Positions 27,240-35,608 of a DNA stretch of 42,500 nucleotides are shown here, piece by piece; position 1 is the first letter of the stretch; every line of letters starts with the position of its first letter. The DNA is from an uncultured Eubacterium sp. (GTDB lineage Bacteria > Bacillota > Clostridia > Oscillospirales > Acutalibacteraceae). The position numbers and the translations under genes are program-made. Below the pieces are notes generated by a model, which did not search any database, was not told where the DNA came from, and saw only the letters and a program-made list of their open reading frames with translations. The DNA lies in NCBI GenBank assembly GCA_902462495.1, contig CABQCC010000001.1, positions 1-42,500 of the forward strand. Reading direction: 5' to 3'.

Positions 27240-27890
27240 ATGGCATCAAATCTTGAAAATCTGCTCGGCAAAAGCCAAAACAAAGGCGAAAGTCTGCAAT
27301 CGGCAATTCATAACAAAAACAATTTGATTTCGTTTTCTTTTGACGGCAAAAAATATTATGTGGCTATCAGGGATTCCGTGCTTGTTTTTGACGAAAATAT
27401 GGCACTTCTCTACAACTTTGAGATGAACGAACTTGCCACATCCGACAACGAATTTATCCAAAAGGTAAATGCAACAGTCAACGAAAATTCAAACGACCTT
27501 GTTCACCTTTATATCAACAAGTTGACGGAAGTTGAGCACATCACATTTTCAAGTTTGTTCGACGCAACCTATATTTTTTGGAAGCTGAAGCGAATTATGG
27601 GCAGAGATTCCGAGGGTATAACCTCGCTTATCATAGAAAAAGACTCAAAGGTTGTCCACACGGTAACCAACGAAAAACTTGCTTTTAAAGAAAGTATGGA
27701 CGATACTTTTGACGGAGATGTTGAGGACAGAACCGCAAGAAACGAAGAAAAAACCGAGTACATCGCCACGCTTTCCAAAGTTGAAGATTTGGTGGATACG
27801 GTAATCGGCAAAAATGTAAGCAATCTCGGCATACACAAAGACGATGAAAAAATCAAAAAAGCAATAGAGCTTCTTTCAACCCTCGTTTAA
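27240..27890 (+). CDS. Hypothetical soluble protein (216 aa)
   Basis: AAGAGG SD, codon style like neighbouring genes, fills the gap between genes; no motif recognised. Confidence 0.8.
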   Translation: MASNLENLLGKSQNKGESLQSAIHNKNNLISFSFDGKKYYVAIRDSVLVFDENMALLYNFEMNELATSDNEFIQKVNATVNENSNDLVHLYINKLTEVEHITFSSLFDATYIFWKLKRIMGRDSEGITSLIIEKDSKVVHTVTNEKLAFKESMDDTFDGDVEDRTARNEEKTEYIATLSKVEDLVDTVIGKNVSNLGIHKDDEKIKKAIELLSTLV

Positions 27891-27913
27891 GAAAGCACGG
27901 AAGAAGAATAATA

Positions 27914-27942
27914 AAGGGGGCGAACTGCGTTCGCCCCCTTAC
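27914..27942. repeat. REP-like hairpin, copy 1 (may act as terminator)
   Basis: AAGGGGGCGAAC-tgc-GTTCGCCCCCTT-AC; core is 18/19 identical to 33600-33618. Confidence 0.65.
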
Positions 27943-27969
27943 AGCTTGTCAAAAAAGTGTTTTTGGCAC

Positions 27970-28206
27970 GCTTAGGCTGTTGAGAAAGCCTCTGAATTTC
28001 GTTTTCTTGCGAACTTTGCTGTACGATGGTACCGCTTGTTCGCAAAAAACGAAAAACGCCAAAAATGCCGTAGGTTTAATACCTACGGCATTTTTAAAAC
28101 CCCACCGTCAACACTTCGTGTTGCCACCTCCCCTTGCGTCAATGGGAGGCATAATTCGGTTGGATTATATTTGGCGTGTTTCAGAAGCTTTATCGACAGT
28201 CTAAGC
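27970..28206. mobile_element. Candidate MITE (~237 bp) with imperfect 27-bp terminal inverted repeats
   Basis: Left GCTTAGGCTGTTGAGAAAGCCTCTGAA (27970-27996) vs reverse complement of right GCTTAGACTGTCGATAAAGCTTCTGAA (28180-28206): 23/27 match; no credible ORF; internal hairpins. Confidence 0.6.
28061..28095. terminator. Bidirectional terminator-like hairpin inside the candidate MITE
   Basis: AAAAATGCCGTAGGT-ttaat-ACCTACGGCATTTTT, a perfect 15-bp inverted repeat between convergent genes. Confidence 0.75.
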
Positions 28207-28236
28207 TCCCCTAAATTAGGGGAGCCGGAATTTGGT

Positions 28237-30021
28237 TTACTTATAAAGAGCACCGTATGTTTTGCAAGCTTCGTAATCAGCTGACTGAACATCATCTGTG
28301 CCGAATGCTGCCCAACACTGTGGACGGAAAATTCTATCGTCCGAAACATTGTGCATATTTACAGGAATGCGGAGCATTGAAGCAAGAGTGATAAGCTTGT
28401 CGCCGACATGACCGTAAATTGTTACGCCGTGGTTAGCGCCCCAATTTGCCATAACGCTGTAAACATCCTTGAATGCGCCCTTGCCTGTGAGGGTCGGAGC
28501 AAACCAAGTTGTCGGCCAAGTCTTGTCTGTACGCTGATCGATAGTGTTGTGGATTTGGTCAGGGAGGTCAACCGTGTAGCCCTCTGCAAGCTGAATAACA
28601 GGACCGAGTCCGTCAACAATGTTGATACGGAGCATTGTTACAGGCATTTCTGCCTTGCAACGGAAGTGAGATGAAAATCCGCCGCCACGGAAATACTCAT
28701 AGTTTGCTCTGCACCAATCTGTTGCATCAATGCAAGCCTTGATGTCGTCCTCTGTCATCTTCCAAAACGGTTTCATACAGCCTTCGCCGTTTTCGTTCTT
28801 TGAAGCACCGCAACCGTCAAGTGCAGTTGCACCTGAATTAATGAGGTGAATAAAGCCGTCTTTTGCAACACCGTCAGGACGCATACCTGTTACACGCTCG
28901 CAAGCATCGGGACTCCAATAAGTACGAACATCGTGGAAGCAAGGAGCTGTGTCCGAAACAAGAGTGCCGAGAATCATTGAAGCACCGTTGAGTGTGTCGT
29001 TTTCTGTTGCGAAAGGAGTCGGCATTTTCTTGCCGTTCCAGTCGAATGTTGAAGCCATAATAGCCTCGGTGAAGTCTGCGTTAGGAAGCCAGTCTGTCCA
29101 GTTTCTCTGTCCTTGGAAACCGCCTGCAACAGCGTTTTTGCCGAGTGCTTCCTCGTGCCAGCCCATTTCGTCAAGTTTCTTGTTGCCGAAAAGAATGTCA
29201 CGAACGATAAGTGTCATCTTTGTGATGAACTCCCAATCCTTGTCAGGAGAAACAACCTTTGACTTCTTGATGATTTCAGGGAAGTCCTTGCCTGCGTTTA
29301 CATCAAAACCTTCCTTGCAGTTAGCCTTTACCCAAGCGATAGCCTTGTCGTATTCATCGTGGTCGTAGATTTCGAGAGTTATTCTGCGCACGATTTCTGT
29401 CATATCAACCCACTCAGGACGGATGCCGAGATACTTCTGGAAGAAGTCAGCATCACAATATGAGCCTGCGATACCCATTGCGATACCGCCGAGATTTACA
29501 TAAGATTTATTTTTCATCCAACCAACAGACACGGCACATTTTGCAAAACGCAAAATCTTTTCCGCAACATCAGCAGGGATTGACTTGTCGTCCATATCCT
29601 GAACATCGTGGCCATAGATTGAGAATGCAGGCATACCCTTTTGTGCATAAGCAGCCATAACAGCGGCAAGATAAACTGCGCCCGGTCTTTCCGTACCGTT
29701 GAAGCCCCAAATAGCCTTGATTGTTTTTGGATTGTTATCATATGTTTCCATACCGTAGCACCAGCAAGGTGTTACAGAAAGAGTTGCAACAACATTTTCT
29801 GTTGAGAACTGTTCCTCGCAAGCAGCAGCTTCTGCGCCGCCGCCGATAGTAGTGTTTGAAACAACGCACTGAACAGGTGTGCCGTCAGGATAGCAAAGAT
29901 TTTCTTCAATGAGCTTTGCGGCAGAAGTTGCCATACCCATTGTTTGCTCTTCAAGGCTTTCACGCACGCCGCCCCATCTGCCGTCAATTACAGGACGGAT
30001 ACCGATTTTAGGATAATTCAT
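28237..30021 (-). CDS. fucI: L-fucose isomerase
   Basis: PKIGIRPVIDGR, VTPCWCYG, WGFNGTERPGAVYL, GFQGQRNWTD, ATENDTLNG, IHLINSG, VMANWGANH. Confidence 0.98.
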   Translation of the reverse strand: MNYPKIGIRPVIDGRWGGVRESLEEQTMGMATSAAKLIEENLCYPDGTPVQCVVSNTTIGGGAEAAACEEQFSTENVVATLSVTPCWCYGMETYDNNPKTIKAIWGFNGTERPGAVYLAAVMAAYAQKGMPAFSIYGHDVQDMDDKSIPADVAEKILRFAKCAVSVGWMKNKSYVNLGGIAMGIAGSYCDADFFQKYLGIRPEWVDMTEIVRRITLEIYDHDEYDKAIAWVKANCKEGFDVNAGKDFPEIIKKSKVVSPDKDWEFITKMTLIVRDILFGNKKLDEMGWHEEALGKNAVAGGFQGQRNWTDWLPNADFTEAIMASTFDWNGKKMPTPFATENDTLNGASMILGTLVSDTAPCFHDVRTYWSPDACERVTGMRPDGVAKDGFIHLINSGATALDGCGASKNENGEGCMKPFWKMTEDDIKACIDATDWCRANYEYFRGGGFSSHFRCKAEMPVTMLRINIVDGLGPVIQLAEGYTVDLPDQIHNTIDQRTDKTWPTTWFAPTLTGKGAFKDVYSVMANWGANHGVTIYGHVGDKLITLASMLRIPVNMHNVSDDRIFRPQCWAAFGTDDVQSADYEACKTYGALYK

Positions 30022-30043
30022 AAAAATTTACTCCTTTACAAAT

Positions 30044-31453
30044 TTATTTTATAGCGTTTAAAAAATTTTCGTAAGCCTCCTCAAAACTTTGAGGATTAAC
30101 AGGCTTGTACTCTTTAAGATTTTCTTGTGATTTGATAATTGCTCTGCCGGCATTGACATCTTCAATATCGCCGAGTGCGATGAGCTGAAGAATGATGTTG
30201 CCGAGAGCGGTTGCCTCTGTCGGACCTGCAACAACAGGCAAGTTGAGGCTGTCGGCTGTCATTTGGCAAAGGAAGCTGTCCTTTGTGCCACCGCCGAGAA
30301 GATGAAGCACATCAAAGCGTTTTCCCGTGTTTTCTTCAATCTGTTTGATTGCAAAACGGTACTTCATTGCAAGGCTCTCGTAGATACATCTAACCAACGC
30401 ACCGTCAGTTTGAGGCTCGCCCTGACCCGTTTTTTTGCAATAATCACGAATTTTTTTAGGCATATCTTTTGGAGAAGCAAAGATGTCCTCGTCAGGGTCA
30501 ATAAAGAATTCAAACGGCTTTTCATTTCTTGCAAGCTGTTCCATATCATTATAGGAATAGTCCTTGCCCTCTTCTCTGAAATTGCGTCTGATTTCCTGAA
30601 TCAGCCACAAACCGCTGATATTCTTTAAATAATTGATTTTGCCGTTTGCACCGAGTTCGTTTGAAAGTTCGTCCTCCATACTCTTTTGAGTGAGAATCGG
30701 CTCGTCACATTCGCAGCCGATGAGCGACCAAGTTCCGCAAGAAAGAAACGCAGGTTCTTCGCCGTCAACGCTCGGCATTGCACAAACGGCACATTGTGTG
30801 TCGTGGCCCGCAACCTTGATGACCTTTATGCCGTTGTACTCGCCTGCAACGGTTGCACTTTCAACGATAGGCGGAAGCATATTTTCGCTCTTGCCGGTGA
30901 GTGCAAAAACATCCTTTTGCCACTCGGCATTTTTCAAATCAAGCATTTGAGATGTTGAAGCGATAGTTTGCTCCGCCGTTTTTGCTCCGCAAAGTGCATA
31001 AGCAAAGAGGTCGGGCATAAACAGGAACATATCGGCGCTGTCGTTTTCCTCTGTCAAAAGCTGAAAGAGGGTATTAATCGGCATAATCTGATTGCCTGTT
31101 TTTTTGTACAAATCCGTTTGAGAAATGCTCTCAAATATTTTTTGCGGTGCATCCTTTGTTCTGCCGTCACGGTAGCAAATCGGCAAATCGGCAATTTCGC
31201 CGTCGGCGTTTACGAGCCCGTAATCAACGCCCCAAGTGTCAAAAGCAAGAGAGTCCGCATTGTCGGCAAGCTCTATCGCCTTTTTCACCTCGCCCAAAAG
31301 ATACGGAAAATCCCAGCGGAGATGTCCGTCCTTTTCGGTGAGAACATTGTCAAAACGGTGAACCTCGTTGTACTCGATTTTTCCGTTTTTATATTCGGCA
31401 AGGATTGCCCTGCCCGTTGACGCACCAAAGTCGAATGCTAATACTCGGCTCAT
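30044..31453 (-). CDS. fucK: L-fuculokinase (RhaB/FucK-like FGGY kinase)
   Basis: LAFDFGASTGR, DTWGVDYGL, GHDTQCAV, FLSCGTWSLIG, GPTEATALGN; fucose-operon context. Confidence 0.88.
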   Translation of the reverse strand: MSRVLAFDFGASTGRAILAEYKNGKIEYNEVHRFDNVLTEKDGHLRWDFPYLLGEVKKAIELADNADSLAFDTWGVDYGLVNADGEIADLPICYRDGRTKDAPQKIFESISQTDLYKKTGNQIMPINTLFQLLTEENDSADMFLFMPDLFAYALCGAKTAEQTIASTSQMLDLKNAEWQKDVFALTGKSENMLPPIVESATVAGEYNGIKVIKVAGHDTQCAVCAMPSVDGEEPAFLSCGTWSLIGCECDEPILTQKSMEDELSNELGANGKINYLKNISGLWLIQEIRRNFREEGKDYSYNDMEQLARNEKPFEFFIDPDEDIFASPKDMPKKIRDYCKKTGQGEPQTDGALVRCIYESLAMKYRFAIKQIEENTGKRFDVLHLLGGGTKDSFLCQMTADSLNLPVVAGPTEATALGNIILQLIALGDIEDVNAGRAIIKSQENLKEYKPVNPQSFEEAYENFLNAIK

Positions 31454-31890
31454 ACTGTTACTACTCCTTTTTTGAGCAAAACATTTGCGTAAATTGCGGT
31501 TTCGCCTGTTGCGATGATGAGATAAGCATTCTTTGCTCTTTCATAAAAAGCAAAACGCTCTGTCATTTCAATATCGTGATGGTCAGGCTCGTATTTGTTT
31601 AAAACCTTGTCGTACTCTGCCCAAATTGCAGGAGTCGGTGTGTTGTCGCCCTTAACAACTTCCATAAGTGCAACAGGCTTTTCGGTGTATGTATCAAGCG
31701 GAATGAGTGACAAAACAGCGTCCAAAACATCGGTTGTTGAATGTCCGTCCGCACGAACAACGATTGCGTTTTTGCCAACGCTTTCGCAAGGGAAATTGCC
31801 GTCTGCAATTACAAGTTCGTCACCGTGTCCCATCTCGCAAAGAGCCTTGAGAAGTTCGGGTGAAACAATAGGATTGATACCCTTGAGCAT
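31450..31890 (-). CDS. fucU: L-fucose mutarotase (RbsD/FucU)
   Basis: MLKGI...ELLKALCEMGHGDELVIADGNFP...ERFAFYERAK...ATGETAIYANVLLKKGV; GGAGG SD favours ATG 31890. Confidence 0.95.
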   Translation of the reverse strand: MLKGINPIVSPELLKALCEMGHGDELVIADGNFPCESVGKNAIVVRADGHSTTDVLDAVLSLIPLDTYTEKPVALMEVVKGDNTPTPAIWAEYDKVLNKYEPDHHDIEMTERFAFYERAKNAYLIIATGETAIYANVLLKKGVVTV

Positions 31891-31892
31891 AA

Positions 31893-32603
31893 TCAATCCT
31901 CCTTTTTATGAAGCATCTCATCATCAGGATTGTATACCTTATAGCCCGGATGACGGCCTGTGATTTTGTAATAACTTCTGAGGTCGATAAGCTTTTGGAT
32001 GTTTTCGTGGTTAATGTCGTGGCTTCCGCCGAGAATAACGGCATTGATTGTGATTTTTGCCCAAAGTTCAAGGCTTTCCATTCTGTAAAAAGCTGTGATT
32101 ACATCACTGCCTACTGCAAGAGCGCCGTGGTTTTCAAGAAGCATTACATCGTGCTCCTCAAGATATGGCTCGATTGCATCGGGAACTTCTGTTGTTGACG
32201 GAGTGCCATACGGTGTGAGAGGAACTGCACCGATTGCCGCTACATCCTCAATCATATTGTACATATCCATTGCCTTGTGAGCCACCGCAAAACCTGTTGC
32301 TCCCGGTGGGTGTGCGTGGATTACGCTTGTCACATCGGGTCTTTTGTCGTAGCAACGAAGGTGCATTTTGATTTCGCTTGACGGACGAAGTCCCTCGGCT
32401 GCCTCAAGAACATTACCCTCTCTGTCGATTCTGATGAGCTTGTCAGGAGTGATGAACGACTTGCTCATACCTGTCGGTGTTGCAAGGATTGTGCCGTCCT
32501 CAAGCAATGCACTTACATTGCCGTCATTGGCAGCAACCCAACCGAGTTGCCACATCTTATGGCACACATCACAGATTTGCTCTTTGATTGTTTCGATATC
32601 CAT
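31893..32603 (-). CDS. fucA: Class II aldolase, L-fuculose-1-phosphate aldolase
   Basis: AANDGNVS, TPTGMSK, PSSEIKMH, VIHAHP, LLENHG; first gene of the fucose operon. Confidence 0.88.
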   Translation of the reverse strand: MDIETIKEQICDVCHKMWQLGWVAANDGNVSALLEDGTILATPTGMSKSFITPDKLIRIDREGNVLEAAEGLRPSSEIKMHLRCYDKRPDVTSVIHAHPPGATGFAVAHKAMDMYNMIEDVAAIGAVPLTPYGTPSTTEVPDAIEPYLEEHDVMLLENHGALAVGSDVITAFYRMESLELWAKITINAVILGGSHDINHENIQKLIDLRSYYKITGRHPGYKVYNPDDEMLHKKED

Positions 32604-32640
32604 AATTAAACTTCCTTTCGGTTTATAATACTATATTTAT

Positions 32641-32679
32641 ATTATACTGTTGATTTTTACCGATAACAAGGTGTATAAT
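32641..32679. promoter_or_regulatory. Overlapping divergent promoter candidates (fuc operon / AraC gene)
   Basis: Plus: TTGATT(32650)-N18-TATAAT(32674). Minus: TTGTTA(32669)-N17-TATAAT(32646-32641); the weak -35 would fit activator dependence. Confidence 0.4.
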
Positions 32680-32718
32680 GATAAGTAGTAGGACAATATT
32701 GACATTTTAGGTGAAATT

Positions 32719-33567
32719 ATGCGATACATAGGCTATCAGGAAAATCAGGTGCGTGGCACTTTTGGCTTTCCTATACAATTATATTATGTTGACGCCAATC
32801 ATCCGCAATACGAAATGCCGTTTCATTGGCATATGGAATGTGAGCTTATTCTTGTGCTTGACGGCAAACTTCAGCTGACAATCAACGGCACGGCATACAC
32901 CTTGCAAAAAGGACAGAGTGTGTTCATCCCCGGAGAATTCATCCACGGCGGAGTGCCGGAGGGTTGCATATACGAATGTGTTGTTTTTGACATTGAACGA
33001 TTTTTGGCTCAATCTCCGCAATGCCTTGAAAAATACACCTCGGCGCTTGACAACGGCGATGTTGCGGAAATGATATTTGACGGCAGTTCAAAGTGCGGAC
33101 AAATCGTTGACGAACTGTTTGTGAATATGGAAAAAGAGGGGTCAAACTACACCTTTGCCACAACGGGCTTGCTGTGGCAGTTTATGGGTGAATTGCTTGA
33201 GCAAAAAGCACCGCACAGCACGGATGATTTTGACACGGTTTACCGCAAAAACAAACAGATAAAACGAGTGCTGACAAAAATCAGGAACGACTATTCAAAG
33301 CCGTTGACCCTTAACGATTTGGCAAGAGAGGCTCACCTCAATTCGCAATATTTTTGCCGTGCGTTCAAGGAATTGACGGGCAAATCACCGATTGATTACC
33401 TCAACTATTACCGCATTGAATGTGCGGCGGAGCAGTTGCGACTGCCCGATTTGTCGATAACGGAAATTGCGTTGTCGTGCGGTTTCAACGATTTGAGCTA
33501 CTTCAACCGAATGTTCAAACGCAAAAAAAATATGACACCGTCACAATACCGAAACAAAATTATGTAG
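32719..33567 (+). CDS. AraC-family transcriptional regulator, likely for the fucose operon
   Basis: Cupin N-terminus (PFHWHMECELI) and double HTH (LNSQYFCRAFK...SITEIALSCGFNDLSYFNRMFK...TPSQYR); divergent from fucA. Confidence 0.95.
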   Translation: MRYIGYQENQVRGTFGFPIQLYYVDANHPQYEMPFHWHMECELILVLDGKLQLTINGTAYTLQKGQSVFIPGEFIHGGVPEGCIYECVVFDIERFLAQSPQCLEKYTSALDNGDVAEMIFDGSSKCGQIVDELFVNMEKEGSNYTFATTGLLWQFMGELLEQKAPHSTDDFDTVYRKNKQIKRVLTKIRNDYSKPLTLNDLAREAHLNSQYFCRAFKELTGKSPIDYLNYYRIECAAEQLRLPDLSITEIALSCGFNDLSYFNRMFKRKKNMTPSQYRNKIM

Positions 33568-33596
33568 GAGCAAATAAAATTCAAACCGTATAAATC

Positions 33597-33620
33597 GTAG
33601 GGGCGAACTGTGTTCGCCTA
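33597..33620 (+). repeat. GTAG-type REP-like hairpin, copy 2
   Basis: GTAG-GGGCGAAC-tgt-GTTCGCC-TA; same core as 27917-27935. Confidence 0.65.
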
Positions 33621-33648
33621 AATTAAACCATAACAAGGAGATGTTTTT

Positions 33649-34713
33649 ATGAAAAAATCACTATGTGTACTTATGGCAACGGCAATGTTTTTCACCGTCT
33701 TTTCAGCCTGCTCAAAACCGACCGAAAACGACAAGCCGACCACCGAAGCACCAACCACCGCACAATCGGGATTCGACACCGAGGGACTTATGACCCCCGA
33801 TGAGATTATGAATGACGCATCAACCGTTGATTTGGGTCATTATATGGAAGTTGAGGGGCTGAAAAAAGTTGAGGAAAAAGATGACGAATCAGCCACAGGA
33901 ACAATCAGTTATTACGACAAGAACGGCGAAATTGTATACAAAAAGTATATCGGATACGGCGAGGACACATTCGATTATTACATCAAGTCGAATTCCGACA
34001 AAGACTTAACCGTTAAATATATTTTGGAAGACGGCAAAACAATCGGTGTAAATGCCGAGTGCGAGGACTACACAATCTCGTTCAACAAACTTGACGGCGG
34101 TGCAAAATACGGCGCAAACGACATATACATCACTTCGCAAAAGAAGTATGACAACGATTTTCCGAAAATTGCGGAATACCAATATGACGGCAAAAAGTTC
34201 AATCTTGTTGGCAACACATTTTACGGCAAAGACGGTTATTGCAGATACTCGTGCACCGATGGCGACAACGACAAAAAAGTTGAAGATGAGCTTATACTTT
34301 TTGAAAAAATCGACACCCCGCAGGTCAACAACGATTTGGCAGAAATGGCAAACGACCACAGGGTTTTAAGCGTTGAGTTCATTGAGGGTCAGCACACAAT
34401 CAAATACACAGAGGATAAAGACGGCAAAAAATCGTGGTTTATCGACGGCGAAATATACTTTGTGTTTAACAGCAAAAAAGGTGCAGAGCAATTTGCAAGC
34501 AAATACGGCTTGACTGCAAAGAATTCGGAATATAACGACAGATACTACACCTGCACCTTCACCGCTTCAATTCCGATTGACAAGGACTACACCGACTTTT
34601 ACAGCTTTTCATCGCAGGATTTCAATGACTACATCTTCGGCAGACTTCACATTTCAAACAACGGCACAGTCCTCTACATCACCGAAAACGACACAAACCT
34701 TGTGTTTTATTAA
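33649..34713 (+). CDS. Lipoprotein of unknown function
   Basis: MKK + hydrophobic stretch + lipobox-like FSA|C, then a P/T-rich linker and an acidic, Tyr-rich domain; AAGGAG SD. Confidence 0.85.
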   Translation: MKKSLCVLMATAMFFTVFSACSKPTENDKPTTEAPTTAQSGFDTEGLMTPDEIMNDASTVDLGHYMEVEGLKKVEEKDDESATGTISYYDKNGEIVYKKYIGYGEDTFDYYIKSNSDKDLTVKYILEDGKTIGVNAECEDYTISFNKLDGGAKYGANDIYITSQKKYDNDFPKIAEYQYDGKKFNLVGNTFYGKDGYCRYSCTDGDNDKKVEDELILFEKIDTPQVNNDLAEMANDHRVLSVEFIEGQHTIKYTEDKDGKKSWFIDGEIYFVFNSKKGAEQFASKYGLTAKNSEYNDRYYTCTFTASIPIDKDYTDFYSFSSQDFNDYIFGRLHISNNGTVLYITENDTNLVFY

Positions 34714-34719
34714 AAATAT

Positions 34720-34749
34720 TTGACTTTTTGATTTTTTTGGTGATATAAT
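34720..34749 (+). promoter_or_regulatory. Candidate sigma70-type promoter for the VanZ-like gene
   Basis: TTGACT-N18-TATAAT with TGn extended -10. Confidence 0.55.
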
Positions 34750-34807
34750 ACAAAGCATCTACACGAATGCAGACCGCAATTTGAATGTTTTGATTAAAGG
34801 AAAAAAT

Positions 34808-35386
34808 ATGTTTTCGCTTTCAGAGGCTTTGATTGTTTCCGCAATTATTACAGCAATATTTTATGGTATATTATTAGTTGTAAAATTAATAAAGCATAAA
34901 CACATAAACATTATCAGAGAGATATTTATATGTATTTTTGTTTTTGTTACTGCATTTATTATGTCAATGACAGTTATTCCAAAAATTGAAATTACTCCTG
35001 AAAACTCTATATCAATTTTAAAACCGTATAGCCACGACAATCGTGTAAATTTTATTCCGTTTTCTTTTGTAAAAGAAATAAAATACTATTTAGACAACGG
35101 AATGTATTACAGCATTTTATTTAATCTTATCGGAAACATCATTCCGTTTTCTGTATTTTCGTTTTTATGTGTTCTTTTATTTAAAAAACTCGATAGTTTA
35201 AAAAACATATTAATGTTAGGCTTTGCTTTTTCGCTTATAATCGAATTGTTGCAAATTCCTTTATACAGAGGAAGCGACATTATTGATGATTTGATTTTAA
35301 ATATGGTCGGCTATGCTTTGGGTTATTTATTTTATAAAATATTCTTAAGCAAACATCAATCACTCATTAAAAAAATAAGACCTTAG
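34808..35386 (+). CDS. VanZ-family membrane protein (AT-rich)
   Basis: VNFIPF, NLIGNIIPF, SLIIELLQ, RGSDIIDDLILNMVG motifs; multi-TM; AAAGGA SD favours ATG 34808. Confidence 0.85.
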   Translation: MFSLSEALIVSAIITAIFYGILLVVKLIKHKHINIIREIFICIFVFVTAFIMSMTVIPKIEITPENSISILKPYSHDNRVNFIPFSFVKEIKYYLDNGMYYSILFNLIGNIIPFSVFSFLCVLLFKKLDSLKNILMLGFAFSLIIELLQIPLYRGSDIIDDLILNMVGYALGYLFYKIFLSKHQSLIKKIRP

Positions 35387-35408
35387 GAAGCTTTTGCTTT
35401 CTAAGGTC
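35379..35408 (-). terminator. Intrinsic terminator after tRNA-Pro (convergent with the VanZ-like gene)
   Basis: GACCTTAGGAAGC-tttt-GCTTTCTAAGGTC; followed on the minus strand by TTATTTTTTT. Confidence 0.75.
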
Positions 35409-35411
35409 AAA

Positions 35412-35488
35412 TGGTCGAGGTGACAAGATTCGAACTTGCGACCCCCACGTCCCGAACGTGGTGCTCTACCAAACTGAGCCACACCTCG
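35412..35488 (-). tRNA. tRNA-Pro (anticodon CGG), 77 nt with encoded CCA
   Basis: CGAGGTGTGGCTCAGTTTGGTAGAGCACCACGTTCGGGACGTGGGGGTCGCAAGTTCGAATCTTGTCACCTCGACCA; acceptor stem CGAGGTG/CACCTCG, anticodon arm CCACG-TT-CGG-GA-CGTGG, T-loop TTCGAAT. Confidence 0.97.
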
Positions 35489-35509
35489 ATATTGATTTGT
35501 TACTTGTGT

Positions 35510-35537
35510 ATTATATCACAATCGTCAGAAAATACAA
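35510..35537 (-). promoter_or_regulatory. Candidate tRNA promoter
   Basis: Minus strand TTGTAT-N16-TATAAT with TGn, 21 bp upstream of the mature tRNA 5' end. Confidence 0.55.
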
Positions 35538-35558
35538 TAGTTTTTTCAAAATAATTAG

Positions 35559-35594
35559 TTCAGCTCCCGATTGAAAATGCAGTCGAGAGCTGAA
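35559..35594 (-). terminator. Stem-loop after the TM2 gene
   Basis: TTCAGCTCcCGAtTG-aaaatg-CAgTCGaGAGCTGAA imperfect inverted repeat 14 bp after the stop. Confidence 0.6.
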
Positions 35595-35608
35595 TTTTTG
35601 CTTTTTTA

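Noticed and set aside
27914..28349. CRISPR array, or small ORFs (27980-28204, 28036-28284, 28083-28349), in the palindromic region
   Set aside because: Hairpins differ in sequence, with no repeat-spacer periodicity and no cas genes; the ORFs have non-ATG starts, run through the repeats and do not resemble transposases.
35412..35488. tRNA-Pro as attachment site of an integrated element
   Set aside because: No integrase, and no duplicated tRNA 3' end found by eye in the window.
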